From NCBI RefSeq assembly GCF_000441555.1, contig NC_021885.1:270001-302000 (forward strand): a stretch of DNA of 32,000 nucleotides, given 5' to 3'. Every line of letters begins with the position of its first letter. Positions within the stretch are counted from its first letter, which is position 1. Shown one piece after another: positions 1-12,238 of this stretch. The notes under the pieces were generated by a model. That model ran no database searches. It worked only from the letters and a program-made list of their open reading frames with translations, and was not told the origin of the DNA. A program made the position numbers and the translations under genes. Origin of the DNA: Candidatus Profftella armatura. GTDB lineage: Bacteria > Pseudomonadota > Gammaproteobacteria > Burkholderiales > Burkholderiaceae.

Positions 1-1229
<1,229 letters not shown>

Positions 1230-1255
1230 TTAAAACCTTTATATTCTTTTAAAAA

Positions 1256-2128
1256 TTAAACCACAGAAGAACCACTAATAATTTCTGATAGTTCTTTAGT
1301 AATTGTTGCTTGTCTAGTTTTATTGTATATTAATTTTAATTCATCTATTATATAATCAGCATTTTCGCTAGCTGATTTCATTGCAATCATTCTAGAAACT
1401 TGTTCTGATGCTATATTTTCAGATATTGATTGATAAATTAATGCTTCAATATAACGAATAAATAGTTTATTAATTAAAACAAGAATATTTGTTTCGTAAA
1501 TATAATATGAAGAATATTTATTTTTTATAGGAAAAGTTAAATATTTATCACTAAAAGGCAATAATTTAGAAATAGTTGCTTTTTGTTGTAATGTATTTAT
1601 GAATTTAGTATATATTATATATATTGAATCAATAAGATTGTTTTTGTAATCTTTTACTAAAATTTTAATTAAGTTAGTTAATTTATTAAAATACAATATA
1701 TCACCAATTTGTGTAATACATAATTTTGTTTTAATATTAATTTCATTTAAAAAATTTAATCCTTTTTGACCGATAACAAAAAAATCTATAAAATTACCTT
1801 TACTCTCTAATTCATTTATTTTTTTTATTAATATACGAAATATATTAGAATTTATTGAGCCACATAAACCCTTATCTGTTGTAATTAAAATAATAGCCAC
1901 ACGTTTTATTCTATTTTTTTTTTTAAAAAATAAATTTCTACACTCAAAATGAGTTTGTAATAAATTACAAATAATTCTTTTAATATTTACGCTATAAGGA
2001 CGAGCCGCATGCATTCTATTTTGTGTTTTTCTCATTTTTGACGCAGAGACCATTTCCATAGCTTTAGTAATTTTTTTTGTATTTTTAATACTTTTAATTT
2101 TATTAAAAATATTTTTACTAGTAACCAT
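1256..2128 (-). CDS. atpG: F1 ATP synthase gamma subunit
   Basis: 290-aa ORF. The N-terminus IKSIKNTKKITKAMEMVSASKMRK and C-terminus RQATITKELSEIISG match conserved gamma-subunit motifs. It lies between atpA and atpD. Confidence 0.93.
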   Translation of the reverse strand: MVTSKNIFNKIKSIKNTKKITKAMEMVSASKMRKTQNRMHAARPYSVNIKRIICNLLQTHFECRNLFFKKKNRIKRVAIILITTDKGLCGSINSNIFRILIKKINELESKGNFIDFFVIGQKGLNFLNEINIKTKLCITQIGDILYFNKLTNLIKILVKDYKNNLIDSIYIIYTKFINTLQQKATISKLLPFSDKYLTFPIKNKYSSYYIYETNILVLINKLFIRYIEALIYQSISENIASEQVSRMIAMKSASENADYIIDELKLIYNKTRQATITKELSEIISGSSVV

Positions 2129-2150
2129 AATTTAATTTATAAAATTATTT

Positions 2151-3698
2151 TTATATTTTAGCATCATAAGATTTCTTAAAATTTATTAAAATAGTAGTTA
2201 AGGAATCCTCTATATCTGCATTAAATTCATTTACATTTTTAATTTTTTCTAAAATAGAATTTTGACATGTTTTCATAAATTTATATAAAGAAGATTCAAA
2301 ATTTAATATTTTTTTAATTTCTATATCATCTAAAAAACCTTTATTAATAGCAAATAATATTACAGCTATCAATGAAACAGGTAACGGAGAATATTGTTTT
2401 TGTTTTAATAATTCAGTTACTCGTGCACCACGATCAAGCTGCTTTCTAGTAACTAAATCTAAATCTGATGAAAATTGTGAAAATGCAGCCAATTCACGAT
2501 ATTGAGCTAAATCTGTGCGAATATTGCTAGATAATTTTTTAATGAATTTAATTTGTGCGGCACCACCAACTCTTGAAACAGAAATACCTGCATTAATTGC
2601 TGGACGAATACCAGAATTAAATAATGAAGAATCTAAAAAAATTTGACCATCAGTAATTGAGATTACATTAGTTGGAACAAATGCCGATATATCCCCCGCT
2701 TGTGTTTCAATAATCGGTATCGCTGTTAAAGATCCAGTTTTACCAGTTACTTTACCGTTTGTATAACTTTCTACATATTTAATATTTACTCTAGCTGAGC
2801 GTTCTAATAATCGACTATGTAAATAAAATATATCTCCAGGATAAGCCTCTCTTCCTGGTGGTCGTTTTAAGAGTAATGATATTTGACGATAAGCAACAGC
2901 TTGTTTAGATAAATCGTCATAAACAACTAATGCATCTTTTCCATGATCTCTAAAATATTCTCCAATAGTACAACCTGAATAAGCTGATATAAATTGCATA
3001 GAAGCAGAATCAGAAGCTGTTGCAGCTACAATAATAGTATATGGCATTGCTCCATATTTTTCTAATAAATTTGCGGTTTTTTTAATTGATGATATCTTTT
3101 GTCCAATAGCAACATAAATACAAGTAACATTTTTATTTTTTTGATTAATAATTATGTCTATTGCTATGGAAGATTTTCCAGTTTGTCTATCTCCAATAAT
3201 TAATTCACGTTGACCTTTTCCAATTGGCACTATAGAATCTATTGCTTTAATACCTGTTTGCAGGGGTTCGGAGACTGATTGTCGAGAAATTACTCCGGGA
3301 GCAACTTTTTCAATTGGAGCAGTTAATTTTGTTTTAATTGGCCCTTTTCCGTCAATTGGATCACCAAGAGCATTAATGACTCGACCACATAATTCCGGGC
3401 CAATAGGAACTTCTAAAATACGTCCTGTACATTTAACTATATCACCTTCCGTAATATGCTCATATTTACCAAGAATAACTGCTCCTATAGAATCTCTTTC
3501 TAAATTTAAAGCCAAACCAAAAACATTACCAGGAAATTCTAACATTTCACCTTGCATTGCATTTGATAAACCATAAATTTGACAAATACCATCAAAAACA
3601 GATATTACTTTACCTTGATTATAAATTTCGGTAGTATTATTAAAATTTTTAATTTGCTCTTGAATTATCGTGCTAATTTCAGACGCATTAATTTTCAT
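2151..3698 (-). CDS. atpA: F1 ATP synthase alpha subunit
   Basis: 515-aa ORF with Walker A GDRQTGKS, plus the highly conserved [22 protein letters not shown] and VGGAAQ blocks. A GGAG Shine-Dalgarno lies about 7 nt upstream. Confidence 0.97.
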   Translation of the reverse strand: MKINASEISTIIQEQIKNFNNTTEIYNQGKVISVFDGICQIYGLSNAMQGEMLEFPGNVFGLALNLERDSIGAVILGKYEHITEGDIVKCTGRILEVPIGPELCGRVINALGDPIDGKGPIKTKLTAPIEKVAPGVISRQSVSEPLQTGIKAIDSIVPIGKGQRELIIGDRQTGKSSIAIDIIINQKNKNVTCIYVAIGQKISSIKKTANLLEKYGAMPYTIIVAATASDSASMQFISAYSGCTIGEYFRDHGKDALVVYDDLSKQAVAYRQISLLLKRPPGREAYPGDIFYLHSRLLERSARVNIKYVESYTNGKVTGKTGSLTAIPIIETQAGDISAFVPTNVISITDGQIFLDSSLFNSGIRPAINAGISVSRVGGAAQIKFIKKLSSNIRTDLAQYRELAAFSQFSSDLDLVTRKQLDRGARVTELLKQKQYSPLPVSLIAVILFAINKGFLDDIEIKKILNFESSLYKFMKTCQNSILEKIKNVNEFNADIEDSLTTILINFKKSYDAKI

Positions 3699-3738
3699 TA
3701 TATAAACTCCAAAATATATTTTGTATTTTTAAAATTAT

Positions 3739-4293
3739 TTAATGAATCATTAAAGTAGAATGTAATTTTTTTAATTTAGTATATATAGAAAAATCAAACA
3801 CTTTATCTTTTATAATTAAACGTAATCCTCCAATTAAACTTTTATCAATAATTACTGATGCCCGTAATTTAAAATTAAATTTTTTTTCCAAGCAAAAAAT
3901 TAAATCACTTAATTGTTCATTTGTCAAAGTATATGCGCTAACAATTTTAATATTATTTACATTTTCATATTTATTTTTCATAATATTAAATTGTATAATA
4001 ATTTCTGGCAATAAAAATAAACGTTTTTTAATAACCAATATAGAAACAAAATTTTTTACATGATTATTAGAGTATTTTTTTAAAGCATTTGTAATAATTT
4101 TAATTAATTCTACATTTGGTAATACAGAATATTTTGAAAAAATTAAAATATTTGGATACTTAATAGATATTTTTTTAATTATTTTTTCTATTTTTGTAAT
4201 TAATTTATTCCAAAATTCTATTTTTTTATAATCTTTAGCAAAGTTAAATAATGCTTTTGAATATGGTCGAGCAATAGTTGAAATATCAATCAT
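3739..4293 (-). CDS. atpH: F1 ATP synthase delta (OSCP) subunit
   Basis: 184-aa ORF. The N-terminal ARPYSKALFNFA matches the conserved ARPYAKAAF motif. Its position between atpF and atpA fits. Confidence 0.9.
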   Translation of the reverse strand: MIDISTIARPYSKALFNFAKDYKKIEFWNKLITKIEKIIKKISIKYPNILIFSKYSVLPNVELIKIITNALKKYSNNHVKNFVSILVIKKRLFLLPEIIIQFNIMKNKYENVNNIKIVSAYTLTNEQLSDLIFCLEKKFNFKLRASVIIDKSLIGGLRLIIKDKVFDFSIYTKLKKLHSTLMIH

Positions 4294-4302
4294 TTATATT
4301 TT

Positions 4303-4773
4303 TTATAATTCTATTTTTAATTGATTTAATAAACTTGAATTAACTTCAATAGTAATTTTATTATTTAAAATTTTTTCAGCGCTTTTTATTGCTAAATTAA
4401 CTATTTCATTATGTAAATTTTCACGCGCTATATTAATTTGTTTAATAATTTCTACTCTAGCGTTATAAAGAATAATATTAGCTTCTTCAGTTGCTTTTTT
4501 TTTAGATTTTTCAATAATTAATTTACATTGTTTTTCAGTTAAATTAATACGATTTTTATTTTCCTCATGAGTGGCTATTAATTCTTTTTGTATGCGTTTT
4601 CTATCATAAGATACTTTTTCTTTTTCAGAATTAGCTGCAGCTAATATATCTGCAATTTTTTTTTTTCTATCATCTAATGCTTTAATTAAAGGAGGCCAAA
4701 TAAATTTTTTTGTAAAACCTATAAAAATAAAAAATACCAGAAATTGAATAAATAATGTTGCATTTAAATTCAT
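4303..4773 (-). CDS. atpF: Fo ATP synthase subunit b
   Basis: 156-aa ORF. MNLNATLFIQFLVFFIFIGFTKKFIWPPLIKALDDRKKKIADIL closely parallels the E. coli AtpF N-terminus. One TM helix is followed by a long charged helix. Confidence 0.93.
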   Translation of the reverse strand: MNLNATLFIQFLVFFIFIGFTKKFIWPPLIKALDDRKKKIADILAAANSEKEKVSYDRKRIQKELIATHEENKNRINLTEKQCKLIIEKSKKKATEEANIILYNARVEIIKQINIARENLHNEIVNLAIKSAEKILNNKITIEVNSSLLNQLKIEL

Positions 4774-4858
4774 ATTAATTTCCTTTTAAAATAAATATAA
4801 AAATACAAAGTAAATATAAAAAAAATAAAAAAAATTTATAAAATTTTTATATAAATTT

Positions 4859-5125
<267 letters not shown>

Positions 5126-5190
5126 TTAATTTTTCAAAGTATAAAAGAGAATCAAAAATTTTTTGTTAAATTGAATCATTGGTTTTAAAT

Positions 5191-6021
5191 TTAATGACGT
5201 TCATGTGCTTGACCAATATAAACTAATGTTAACATCATAAAAATAAAGGCCTGTAATAATACAATTAAAATATGAAATATAGTCCATATTGAACCTATAA
5301 TTGTATGTCCAATAAAACCAAAAACTGTTGAAATTGATCCTAATAATGCTATTAATAAAAATAACAATTCTCCAGCATACATATTTCCAAACAAACGCAT
5401 ACCTAATGAAATTGTTTTTGCTAAAAATTCAATTATATTGAGCAATAAATTAAATGGTGCTAACCATATACCAAAAGGAACTGAAAATATTTCATAAATA
5501 AATCCAAAAAATCCTTTAGTTTTAATGCTATAATATAAAATTAATATTAGTATTCCAAAAGAAATACCTAGAGTACCATTTAAATCAGCAGTTGGAACAA
5601 TATGATGATAAGGAAATAGTTTTTCTAATCCAAATAATTTAAATATAAATGAGAATAAATCTACAGGAATAAAATCAAGTGAATTCATAAGCGTTATCCA
5701 TATAAAAATTGTTAATGCTAATGGAGAAATAAATTCACGATTATTGCTATTATGTATGATAGATTTGGATTGATTTTCGATCATTTCTATAATAATTTCA
5801 ATAAATGCTTGAAATCTAGAAGGAATATCAGAAGTTGCCTTATTTGCCGCAATATACATAATTAAACAACCAAAAATACCAGTAAATATAGACCAAAAAA
5901 TAGTATCTATATTAAATATTGAAAAATCAATAATTTTTTTTTGATATGCTGTAGATAGATGATTAAGATGATGAGCAATATATTCTGATGCAATTCGAGC
6001 GTCAAGTAAAACTGCAGACAT
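5191..6021 (-). CDS. atpB: Fo ATP synthase subunit a
   Basis: 276-aa polytopic membrane ORF with the conserved LGMRLFGNMYAGE stator-arginine motif. It is the first gene of the atp cluster. Confidence 0.94.
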   Translation of the reverse strand: MSAVLLDARIASEYIAHHLNHLSTAYQKKIIDFSIFNIDTIFWSIFTGIFGCLIMYIAANKATSDIPSRFQAFIEIIIEMIENQSKSIIHNSNNREFISPLALTIFIWITLMNSLDFIPVDLFSFIFKLFGLEKLFPYHHIVPTADLNGTLGISFGILILILYYSIKTKGFFGFIYEIFSVPFGIWLAPFNLLLNIIEFLAKTISLGMRLFGNMYAGELLFLLIALLGSISTVFGFIGHTIIGSIWTIFHILIVLLQAFIFMMLTLVYIGQAHERH

Positions 6022-6129
6022 GATTTGGTATATAATTAACTAGTGAATAAAATAAGTATTGAAATAATTTATTTAAATATGAAATTATGTAATATAATAT
6101 ATAATATTATATACTGTAAAATTTACAAA

Positions 6130-6158
6130 ATTATAAAGTTTAGTCAAACAACAGTCAA
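6130..6158 (-). promoter_or_regulatory. Putative sigma70 promoter for the atp operon (TTGACT-N17-TATAAT)
   Basis: The reverse strand reads gtatTTGACTgttgtttgactaaacttTATAATttt. The -35 is at 6158-6153 and the -10 at 6135-6130, with an exact 17-nt spacer, about 110 nt upstream of the atpB ATG. TATAAT-like hexamers are common in this AT-rich DNA, so support is moderate only. Confidence 0.45.
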
Positions 6159-6179
6159 ATACTAAATAATAATTTTTAA

Positions 6180-7637
6180 TTATTTTAATATTTTTTTAAA
6201 TATTTCTGATAATTTTACTGGATTAGCTTTATTATTACTAAGTTTTATCGCTTTCCCAATTAATGCATTTATTGCTTGTTTTTTACCAGAATAAAATTCT
6301 TTAATCAATTTAGAATTAGTAGATAATACAGTATCAACAATTTTTTCTAAAATAGAAGAATCAGAAATTTGATATAATTTATTAGTTTTAATAATATGAT
6401 CCACGATACCAGGATCTAAAGATTTTTCTTGGCATATAATAAAAAATATATCTTTTGCAATTTTATTTGAAATTGTTCCATCAAAAATTCTTTTTAGCAA
6501 AAAAGAAAATTGTATTGGGGTAATTGGTAAATCATTAATATCATTATTTTGATTAATTTTAGGTATAATTTCTTTGATTAACCATCTAATAAGTAATTTA
6601 ATTTTAGAAATATCGCTATGAATTATTGAATTTTCAAAAAAATATGCTATTTTTTTTGATTGCGTTAATTTTATAGCATAAAATTCAGATAAATTATAGT
6701 TAGCAATTATGCGTTCACGTATAACATTAGGTAGTTCTGGTATTGTAGATTTTATATATTTAACCCATTTATCTGAAATAAATAACGGAGGTAAATCTGG
6801 ATCTGGAAAATAGCGGTAATCTTTTGAATTTTCTTTTTTTCTCATTAAAATTGTTTTTTTAATATCAGGATCATATCTACGAGTTTCTTGTGCAATAATA
6901 TTATTATTTTCAAGTAACTTAATTTGACGATTTATTTCATAATTAATAGCCTCTTCCATGAAACGAAATGAGTTCAAATTTTTAATTTCATTACGTGTAC
7001 CATATTCATTTTTATTAATCTTTTTAATAGATATATTAACATCACATCGAAATGATCCATTCTGCATATTTCCATCACAAATTCCAAGCCACATAACTAA
7101 TGAATGCAAGCTTTTAGCGCAAGATACCGCCTCTTGAGCACTATGCATACTAGGTTGAGTTATAATTTCTAATAAAGGTATCCCAGCGCGATTAAAATCA
7201 ATACCAGTTTTATCAGAATAATTTTTGTGCAATAATTTTCCAGCATCTTCTTCTAAATGAGCCTGAACAATTTCTGTAGAACCCCATTTTATTTTTTGTT
7301 TTTTTTCTTCTATTGGGAATAGGATATTTCCTCCTTTAATTAAAGGTAATTCAAGTTGACTAATTTGATAGCCTTTTGATAAATCTGGATAAAAATAGTT
7401 TTTACGAACAAATATTGAATATGGAGATATTTTTGCATTAATTGCTAATCCAAATTTAATAGCATACTCTACTGCTTTTTTATTAAGCACCGGTAAAACA
7501 CCCGGTAACGCTAAATCAAATGGATTAATTTGAGTGTTTGCATTATAACCAAAACAAACTGGTGATTCGCTAAAAATTTTAGATTTAGTTAGTAGTTGTA
7601 TGTGTATCTCAAGGCCAATTATAACCTCCCACTGCAT
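6180..7637 (-). CDS. gatB: Asp/Glu-tRNA(Asn/Gln) amidotransferase subunit B
   Basis: 485-aa ORF. MQWEVIIGLEIHIQL, DLALPGVLPVLN, QISQ..LP and YFPDPDLPPL are hallmark GatB motifs. It is last in the gatC-gatA-gatB order. Confidence 0.96.
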   Translation of the reverse strand: MQWEVIIGLEIHIQLLTKSKIFSESPVCFGYNANTQINPFDLALPGVLPVLNKKAVEYAIKFGLAINAKISPYSIFVRKNYFYPDLSKGYQISQLELPLIKGGNILFPIEEKKQKIKWGSTEIVQAHLEEDAGKLLHKNYSDKTGIDFNRAGIPLLEIITQPSMHSAQEAVSCAKSLHSLVMWLGICDGNMQNGSFRCDVNISIKKINKNEYGTRNEIKNLNSFRFMEEAINYEINRQIKLLENNNIIAQETRRYDPDIKKTILMRKKENSKDYRYFPDPDLPPLFISDKWVKYIKSTIPELPNVIRERIIANYNLSEFYAIKLTQSKKIAYFFENSIIHSDISKIKLLIRWLIKEIIPKINQNNDINDLPITPIQFSFLLKRIFDGTISNKIAKDIFFIICQEKSLDPGIVDHIIKTNKLYQISDSSILEKIVDTVLSTNSKLIKEFYSGKKQAINALIGKAIKLSNNKANPVKLSEIFKKILK

Positions 7638-7695
7638 ATTTTTTCCTTATTATTTTCAAAATAAAATTTTTACATTTAATATTTTTAAAAAGTTT

Positions 7696-9156
7696 TTATA
7701 GTTTTGGTTTTTTAAGATGCCAGTCAGTAATATTTTGATATTGATGAGCTATATATAGTAATTGCGCTTCTTTAAAATAATTACCAATTATTTGTAATCC
7801 AATTGGTTTATTAACACTAAATCCACATGGAATAGACATTCCTGGTAATCCAGCTAAACTAGTTGATAAAGTAAAAATATCCGATAAATAATTAACAATC
7901 GGATCCCTTTTATTCCCAATATTCCAGGCAACTGTTGGTGATACTGGACCCATAATAACATCACAACTATTTGGACCGGTGAATATTTTTTGAAAATCTT
8001 CTGAAATTAATCTTCGAATACGTTGAGCTTGTAAATAATAAATGTTATAAAAATCACGCGATAATACATGTGAACCTATTAGAATACGTCTTTTTACCTC
8101 CTCTCCAAAACCTTCTGTTCGAGATTTTTTGTACATATCTACCAAATTTTTATAATTTTTAGAACGATAACCATATCGAACCCCATCAAAACGACTTAAA
8201 TTAGATGCAGCTTCAGCGGGTGCAATAACATAATAAACAGGAATAGAAAGATTTGTTTTTGGCATAGAAATATCTACTAATTTAGCACCAAGTTTTTCAA
8301 ATTCTTTTAATGCAGAATATATTCCATTTTGCACATCTGTATCTAAATTTACATTAAAAAATTCACGAGGCATACCAATTCGCAATCCTTTTATCCCCTT
8401 TGTATTTTTTTTTAATCCATAACTAAAATCTTCATTTTTTCTTTGTAAGCTAGTTGAATCACGTTTATCAAAACCGATCATAACATTTAAAAGCAATGCA
8501 CAATCTTCTGCGGTTTTAGCTATTGGACCAGCTTGATCTAAAGAAGAAGCAAATGCTATCATACCATAACGAGATATACTTCCGTAAGTTGGTTTAATAC
8601 CAGTTACACCACACAACGCAGCAGGTTGTCTAATGGATCCGCCTGTATCACTTGCTGTAGTAGCTGGAACTAATCTAGCGGCTACTGCTGCAGCAGATCC
8701 TCCTGATGATCCACCTGGAACAGCAGAATAATCCCAAGGATTTTTTACTGGACCAAAATATGAATTTTCGTTACTTGAACCCATAGCAAATTCATCGCAA
8801 TTAAGTTTTCCAAGCATTACGGTACCAGCTTTTTTTAAACGTTCTACTATATCAGCATTAAATGGACTAATATAATTAGCTAACATTTTTGATCCAGCAG
8901 TAGTTTTCCAATGACGTGTAACAAAGATATCTTTATGTGCTATTGGAATACCTGTTAATTGCGTTAAATTATTACCGGATATTATTTTTTTTTCAGCAAT
9001 ATTTGCTTGCATTAATGTTAATTCTTCATCAACATGTATAAATGCATTTAGATTACTAGCTTTAATACGATCTAAAAAAATTTTTGTTAGTTCAATTACA
9101 GAAATTTTTTTATTTTTTAATAATAAAGACAATTCTTTAATAGTTTTGTTATACAT
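7696..9156 (-). CDS. gatA: Asp/Glu-tRNA(Asn/Gln) amidotransferase subunit A
   Basis: 486-aa ORF with the amidase signature [13 protein letters not shown]...[13 protein letters not shown]. Confidence 0.96.
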   Translation of the reverse strand: MYNKTIKELSLLLKNKKISVIELTKIFLDRIKASNLNAFIHVDEELTLMQANIAEKKIISGNNLTQLTGIPIAHKDIFVTRHWKTTAGSKMLANYISPFNADIVERLKKAGTVMLGKLNCDEFAMGSSNENSYFGPVKNPWDYSAVPGGSSGGSAAAVAARLVPATTASDTGGSIRQPAALCGVTGIKPTYGSISRYGMIAFASSLDQAGPIAKTAEDCALLLNVMIGFDKRDSTSLQRKNEDFSYGLKKNTKGIKGLRIGMPREFFNVNLDTDVQNGIYSALKEFEKLGAKLVDISMPKTNLSIPVYYVIAPAEAASNLSRFDGVRYGYRSKNYKNLVDMYKKSRTEGFGEEVKRRILIGSHVLSRDFYNIYYLQAQRIRRLISEDFQKIFTGPNSCDVIMGPVSPTVAWNIGNKRDPIVNYLSDIFTLSTSLAGLPGMSIPCGFSVNKPIGLQIIGNYFKEAQLLYIAHQYQNITDWHLKKPKL

Positions 9157-9214
9157 GAATTTTTATTATTTTAATATAAATTAATAATTTTATAAATTTA
9201 AAAAAATTTTATTA

Positions 9215-9511
9215 TTAAAAAATTTTCGGAACAATATATAAATTATCATGTATTATTGGTGCAAGATTTTGATAATTCTCAAAATAATTATTTTGAGTAG
9301 TTATATCTTCTCTTAAAAAAAGCATTTTTTCTTGAATCAATGAAGTAGGATAATAAAGTGGCTCAATGTTAGTTGTATCAATACTTTTGATTGATTTAAT
9401 TAAAGAAAAAATAGCATTAATTTTTTCAAGAATATCATAAACTTGATTTTTATCTATATATAGATAAGATAAATTGGCGATAGATTCAATATCTAATACA
9501 GTTAAAGACAT
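9215..9511 (-). CDS. gatC: Asp/Glu-tRNA(Asn/Gln) amidotransferase subunit C
   Basis: 98-aa ORF immediately upstream of gatA. Size and the pattern (IANLSYLYIDKNQV...LREDI) fit GatC. Confidence 0.85.
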   Translation of the reverse strand: MSLTVLDIESIANLSYLYIDKNQVYDILEKINAIFSLIKSIKSIDTTNIEPLYYPTSLIQEKMLFLREDITTQNNYFENYQNLAPIIHDNLYIVPKIF

Positions 9512-9601
9512 AATGCAAATATAGTTAAATAAAAATTTATTTGTTAATTATTATAATCTCAAAAAATAGATATAATATATTAAAGCTCAAAAGTTTTTAA
9601 A

Positions 9602-9630
9602 ATTTAAATTTTAGTTTTAACTTTAGTCAA
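9602..9630 (-). promoter_or_regulatory. Possible sigma70 promoter for gatCAB (TTGACT-N17-TTAAAT)
   Basis: The reverse strand has TTGACT (9630-9625), a 17-nt spacer, then TTAAAT (9607-9602), about 90 nt upstream of the gatC ATG. It shares the TTTAGTCAAA string with the atp promoter candidate. The call is weak in AT-rich background. Confidence 0.3.
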
Positions 9631-9759
9631 AACAAAATTATTTTTTTTAACCTTTTTTAAAAAATTTTAATAAAGTATTATATAAAATATATATTCTTAT
9701 GTAAAGAAATATTACAAAATTAATCATTTTAAATGTTTAATTAATATTAAATAAATAAC

Positions 9760-10647
9760 TTATTTATTAAACAACAATGCTTGTTTATACAATGCATTTT
9801 TCTTAATACCAGTTAAATTTGATAATAATTCTATTGTTTGTTTTAATGTTAATATTTTTAATAATGATTTTAATATATTATCTATTTTTTTATTATTATA
9901 TACATTATTTATGTTATTTTTTAAAAATGTAGACTCAATTAATAAAACAAATTCACCTTTTTTATGATTATCTTTATTTAACCAATTCATAGCATCTTTT
10001 AAAAAACATCTATGAATTTTTTCAAATTTTTTGGTTAATTCTTGTGCAAATACAATTTGTCTCATTGGACCAAATATTTGTAATAATTCATGGACTGTTT
10101 TCATAATACGATGAGGCGCTTCATATAAAATCAAGGTTGATTTTGTATTTATTAATGAAATTAGTATTTCTTTACGTTTTTTTTTTTTAATAGGCAAAAA
10201 ACCTAAAAAGTAGAAACTTTTATTTTTTAATCCACTAACACAGAAAGCAGTTATGACTGATGATGCACCTGGAATTGGTAATACTCTTAAACCAGCATTT
10301 TGTACGGCACTAATAATATGAGCCCCTGGGTCTGAAATAGTTGGTGTTCCACTATCAGAAACTAATGCAATACGTTCTTTATTCTTTAATTTAGTAATTA
10401 TGGTGTTTGTTGCTTTATATTCATTATATTTATGAACAGAAAATAATATTTTTGATAAACCATATTGCATTATTAAATTATTAGTATTTCTAGTATCTTC
10501 GCATGCTATTGAATCAACAATACTAAGCACATATAAGGCTCGTAATGTAATATCAAAAATATTTCCAATAGGAGTAGCTAAAACATATAATGTAGAATGT
10601 GGATAGTTTTGTAATTTAATTTTATTAAAAAATGAAATATCTATCAT
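9760..10647 (-). CDS. rsmI: 16S rRNA (cytidine1402-2'-O)-methyltransferase
   Basis: 295-aa ORF. LYVLATPIGNIFDITLRALYVLSIVDSIACEDTRNT and SDSGTPTISDPG are typical RsmI (tetrapyrrole-methylase fold) motifs. Confidence 0.88.
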   Translation of the reverse strand: MIDISFFNKIKLQNYPHSTLYVLATPIGNIFDITLRALYVLSIVDSIACEDTRNTNNLIMQYGLSKILFSVHKYNEYKATNTIITKLKNKERIALVSDSGTPTISDPGAHIISAVQNAGLRVLPIPGASSVITAFCVSGLKNKSFYFLGFLPIKKKKRKEILISLINTKSTLILYEAPHRIMKTVHELLQIFGPMRQIVFAQELTKKFEKIHRCFLKDAMNWLNKDNHKKGEFVLLIESTFLKNNINNVYNNKKIDNILKSLLKILTLKQTIELLSNLTGIKKNALYKQALLFNK

Positions 10648-10715
10648 AAAAATGTATGTTATTGAATATTGACAATATTATATAAAAATTTTTAAAAAAA
10701 TATTTATATAACTTA

Positions 10716-10801
10716 TGGTGCGGATAAAGGGATTTGAACCCATACGCTTATTTAGCACTAGACCCTAAATCTAGCGCGTCTACCAATTTCGCCATATCCG
10801 C
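10716..10801 (-). tRNA. tRNA-Leu (anticodon UAG)
   Basis: The reverse-strand 86-mer is GCGGATATGGCGAAATTGGTAGACGCGCTAGATTTAGGGTCTAGTGCTAAATAAGCGTATGGGTTCAAATCCCTTTATCCGCACCA. It has a 7-bp acceptor stem GCGGATA/TATCCGC and a 3-bp D-stem. The anticodon stem CTAGA/TCTAG carries loop TTTAGGG (anticodon TAG). A long class-II variable arm, a TTCAAAT T-loop (one T-T mismatch in the T-stem) and an encoded CCA complete it. It stands out as a GC-richer island in an AT spacer. Confidence 0.9.
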
Positions 10802-11011
10802 TTTTAAAAAAAATAAAATAATAATTTTGAGGAAATTACATGTGCATATTTATTCTTAAATATTTATTATTAAGATATAAATGTTATTCATATTTTATTA
10901 TAAATGTTTTTAAAGAAATATATTGGAATATATTTAATTATACTATTACATATTTATTATTTTTACAAATTTTTAATTAAAGTATTATTATTGGAACTAT
11001 TTAAATATTAA

Positions 11012-12031
11012 ATGAAATATCATTTACTTACAAAAAAACGTGTATTAACAGGAGATCGTCCTACGGGTCCATTGCATATTGGTCATTACTCTGGATCACT
11101 AAAAACTCGTATTGCATTACAGGATAAATATACTCAATTTATAATAATAGCTGACATGCAAGCTTTAACAGATAATGCCATTAATCCTATAAAAATTCGT
11201 CATGCAATTAATGAAGTTATGTTAGATTATTTATCAGTAGGAATTGATCCGGTTAAGAATATAATTTTTATTCAATCCATGATTCCTCAAATTTCTGAAT
11301 TAACTATACTTTATTTAAATTTAGTAAATATTTCTCGAATAGCACGGAATCCAACTATTAAAAGTGAAATACAACAAAAAGGATTTGAAAAATCAATTCC
11401 GGCAGGGTTTTTTATTTATCCAATTAGTCAAGTAGCAGATATTACTATATTTGATGCAGATATTGTTCCTGTAGGCATTGATCAAGTACCAATGATTGAG
11501 CAAGCATGTGAAATTGTTGATACATTTAATAATATTTACGGAAAGAATACTTTAATAAGGCCAAAAGCTTTATTATCAAAAAACGGTAATCGTTTACCTG
11601 GAATAGATGGACATCATAAAATGTCTAAATCTCTTAAAAATGGAATTTATTTATCCGATAGTCCGGATAAAATTGTTAAAAAAATAAAAAACATGTACAC
11701 TGATCCTAACCATTTACATATATCAGATCCAGGAAAAGTTGATGGAAATCCAGTATTTACATATTTAGATCAATTTGGAACTGATAAAAAAAAAATTGCC
11801 AATATGAAATATCACTATACCCAAGGTGGACTCGGAGATGTGACAATAAAAAAATATTTAATTGAAGTTATGCAAGATTTTTTATTTCCAATTAGAATAA
11901 AAAGAAAACAACTCTCTAAGGATAAAAAATATATACAAGATATATTAAAAATTGGATCAGAAAAAGCACAGGAAGAAGCGGAAAAAACATTAAAAAGAGT
12001 AAAAAATGCAATGAATATAGATTATTTTTAA
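11012..12031 (+). CDS. trpS: Tryptophanyl-tRNA synthetase
   Basis: 339-aa class I aaRS. It has the HIGH-type motif (PLHIGHY), the KMSKS motif (HHKMSKSL) and a GxDQ block (VGIDQVPMIEQ). The length fits TrpRS rather than TyrRS. Confidence 0.85.
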   Translation: MKYHLLTKKRVLTGDRPTGPLHIGHYSGSLKTRIALQDKYTQFIIIADMQALTDNAINPIKIRHAINEVMLDYLSVGIDPVKNIIFIQSMIPQISELTILYLNLVNISRIARNPTIKSEIQQKGFEKSIPAGFFIYPISQVADITIFDADIVPVGIDQVPMIEQACEIVDTFNNIYGKNTLIRPKALLSKNGNRLPGIDGHHKMSKSLKNGIYLSDSPDKIVKKIKNMYTDPNHLHISDPGKVDGNPVFTYLDQFGTDKKKIANMKYHYTQGGLGDVTIKKYLIEVMQDFLFPIRIKRKQLSKDKKYIQDILKIGSEKAQEEAEKTLKRVKNAMNIDYF

Positions 12032-12102
12032 ATATTATAAATTTAAAATTTAAAAATTAATAAAAAAATTTTATAAAATCATTTGAAATAATCTCATTAT
12101 TA

Positions 12103-12137
12103 ATTAGTTTTGTTATATAAAATATAACAAAACTAAT
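12103..12137. terminator. Perfect 16-bp stem / 3-nt loop hairpin between convergent trpS and dnaJ (candidate intrinsic terminator)
   Basis: attagttttgttatat (12103-12118), aaa, atataacaaaactaat (12122-12137) are exact reverse complements. On the + strand they are followed by ATTTTT. The stem is AT-rich and weak, so function is uncertain. Confidence 0.5.
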
Positions 12138-12238
12138 ATTTTTAAAAAATTTATAAATAATAAGAATTTATAGTTATTTATAATTAGTAAAAATTTTTAT
12201 TTAGTTTTAAATAAGTTTAAAAAATTTTTTTATCAAAT

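Noticed and set aside
3376-3576. 66-aa + strand ORF
   Set aside because: It is antisense within atpA, with no start context and no homology I recognise. It is a shadow ORF.
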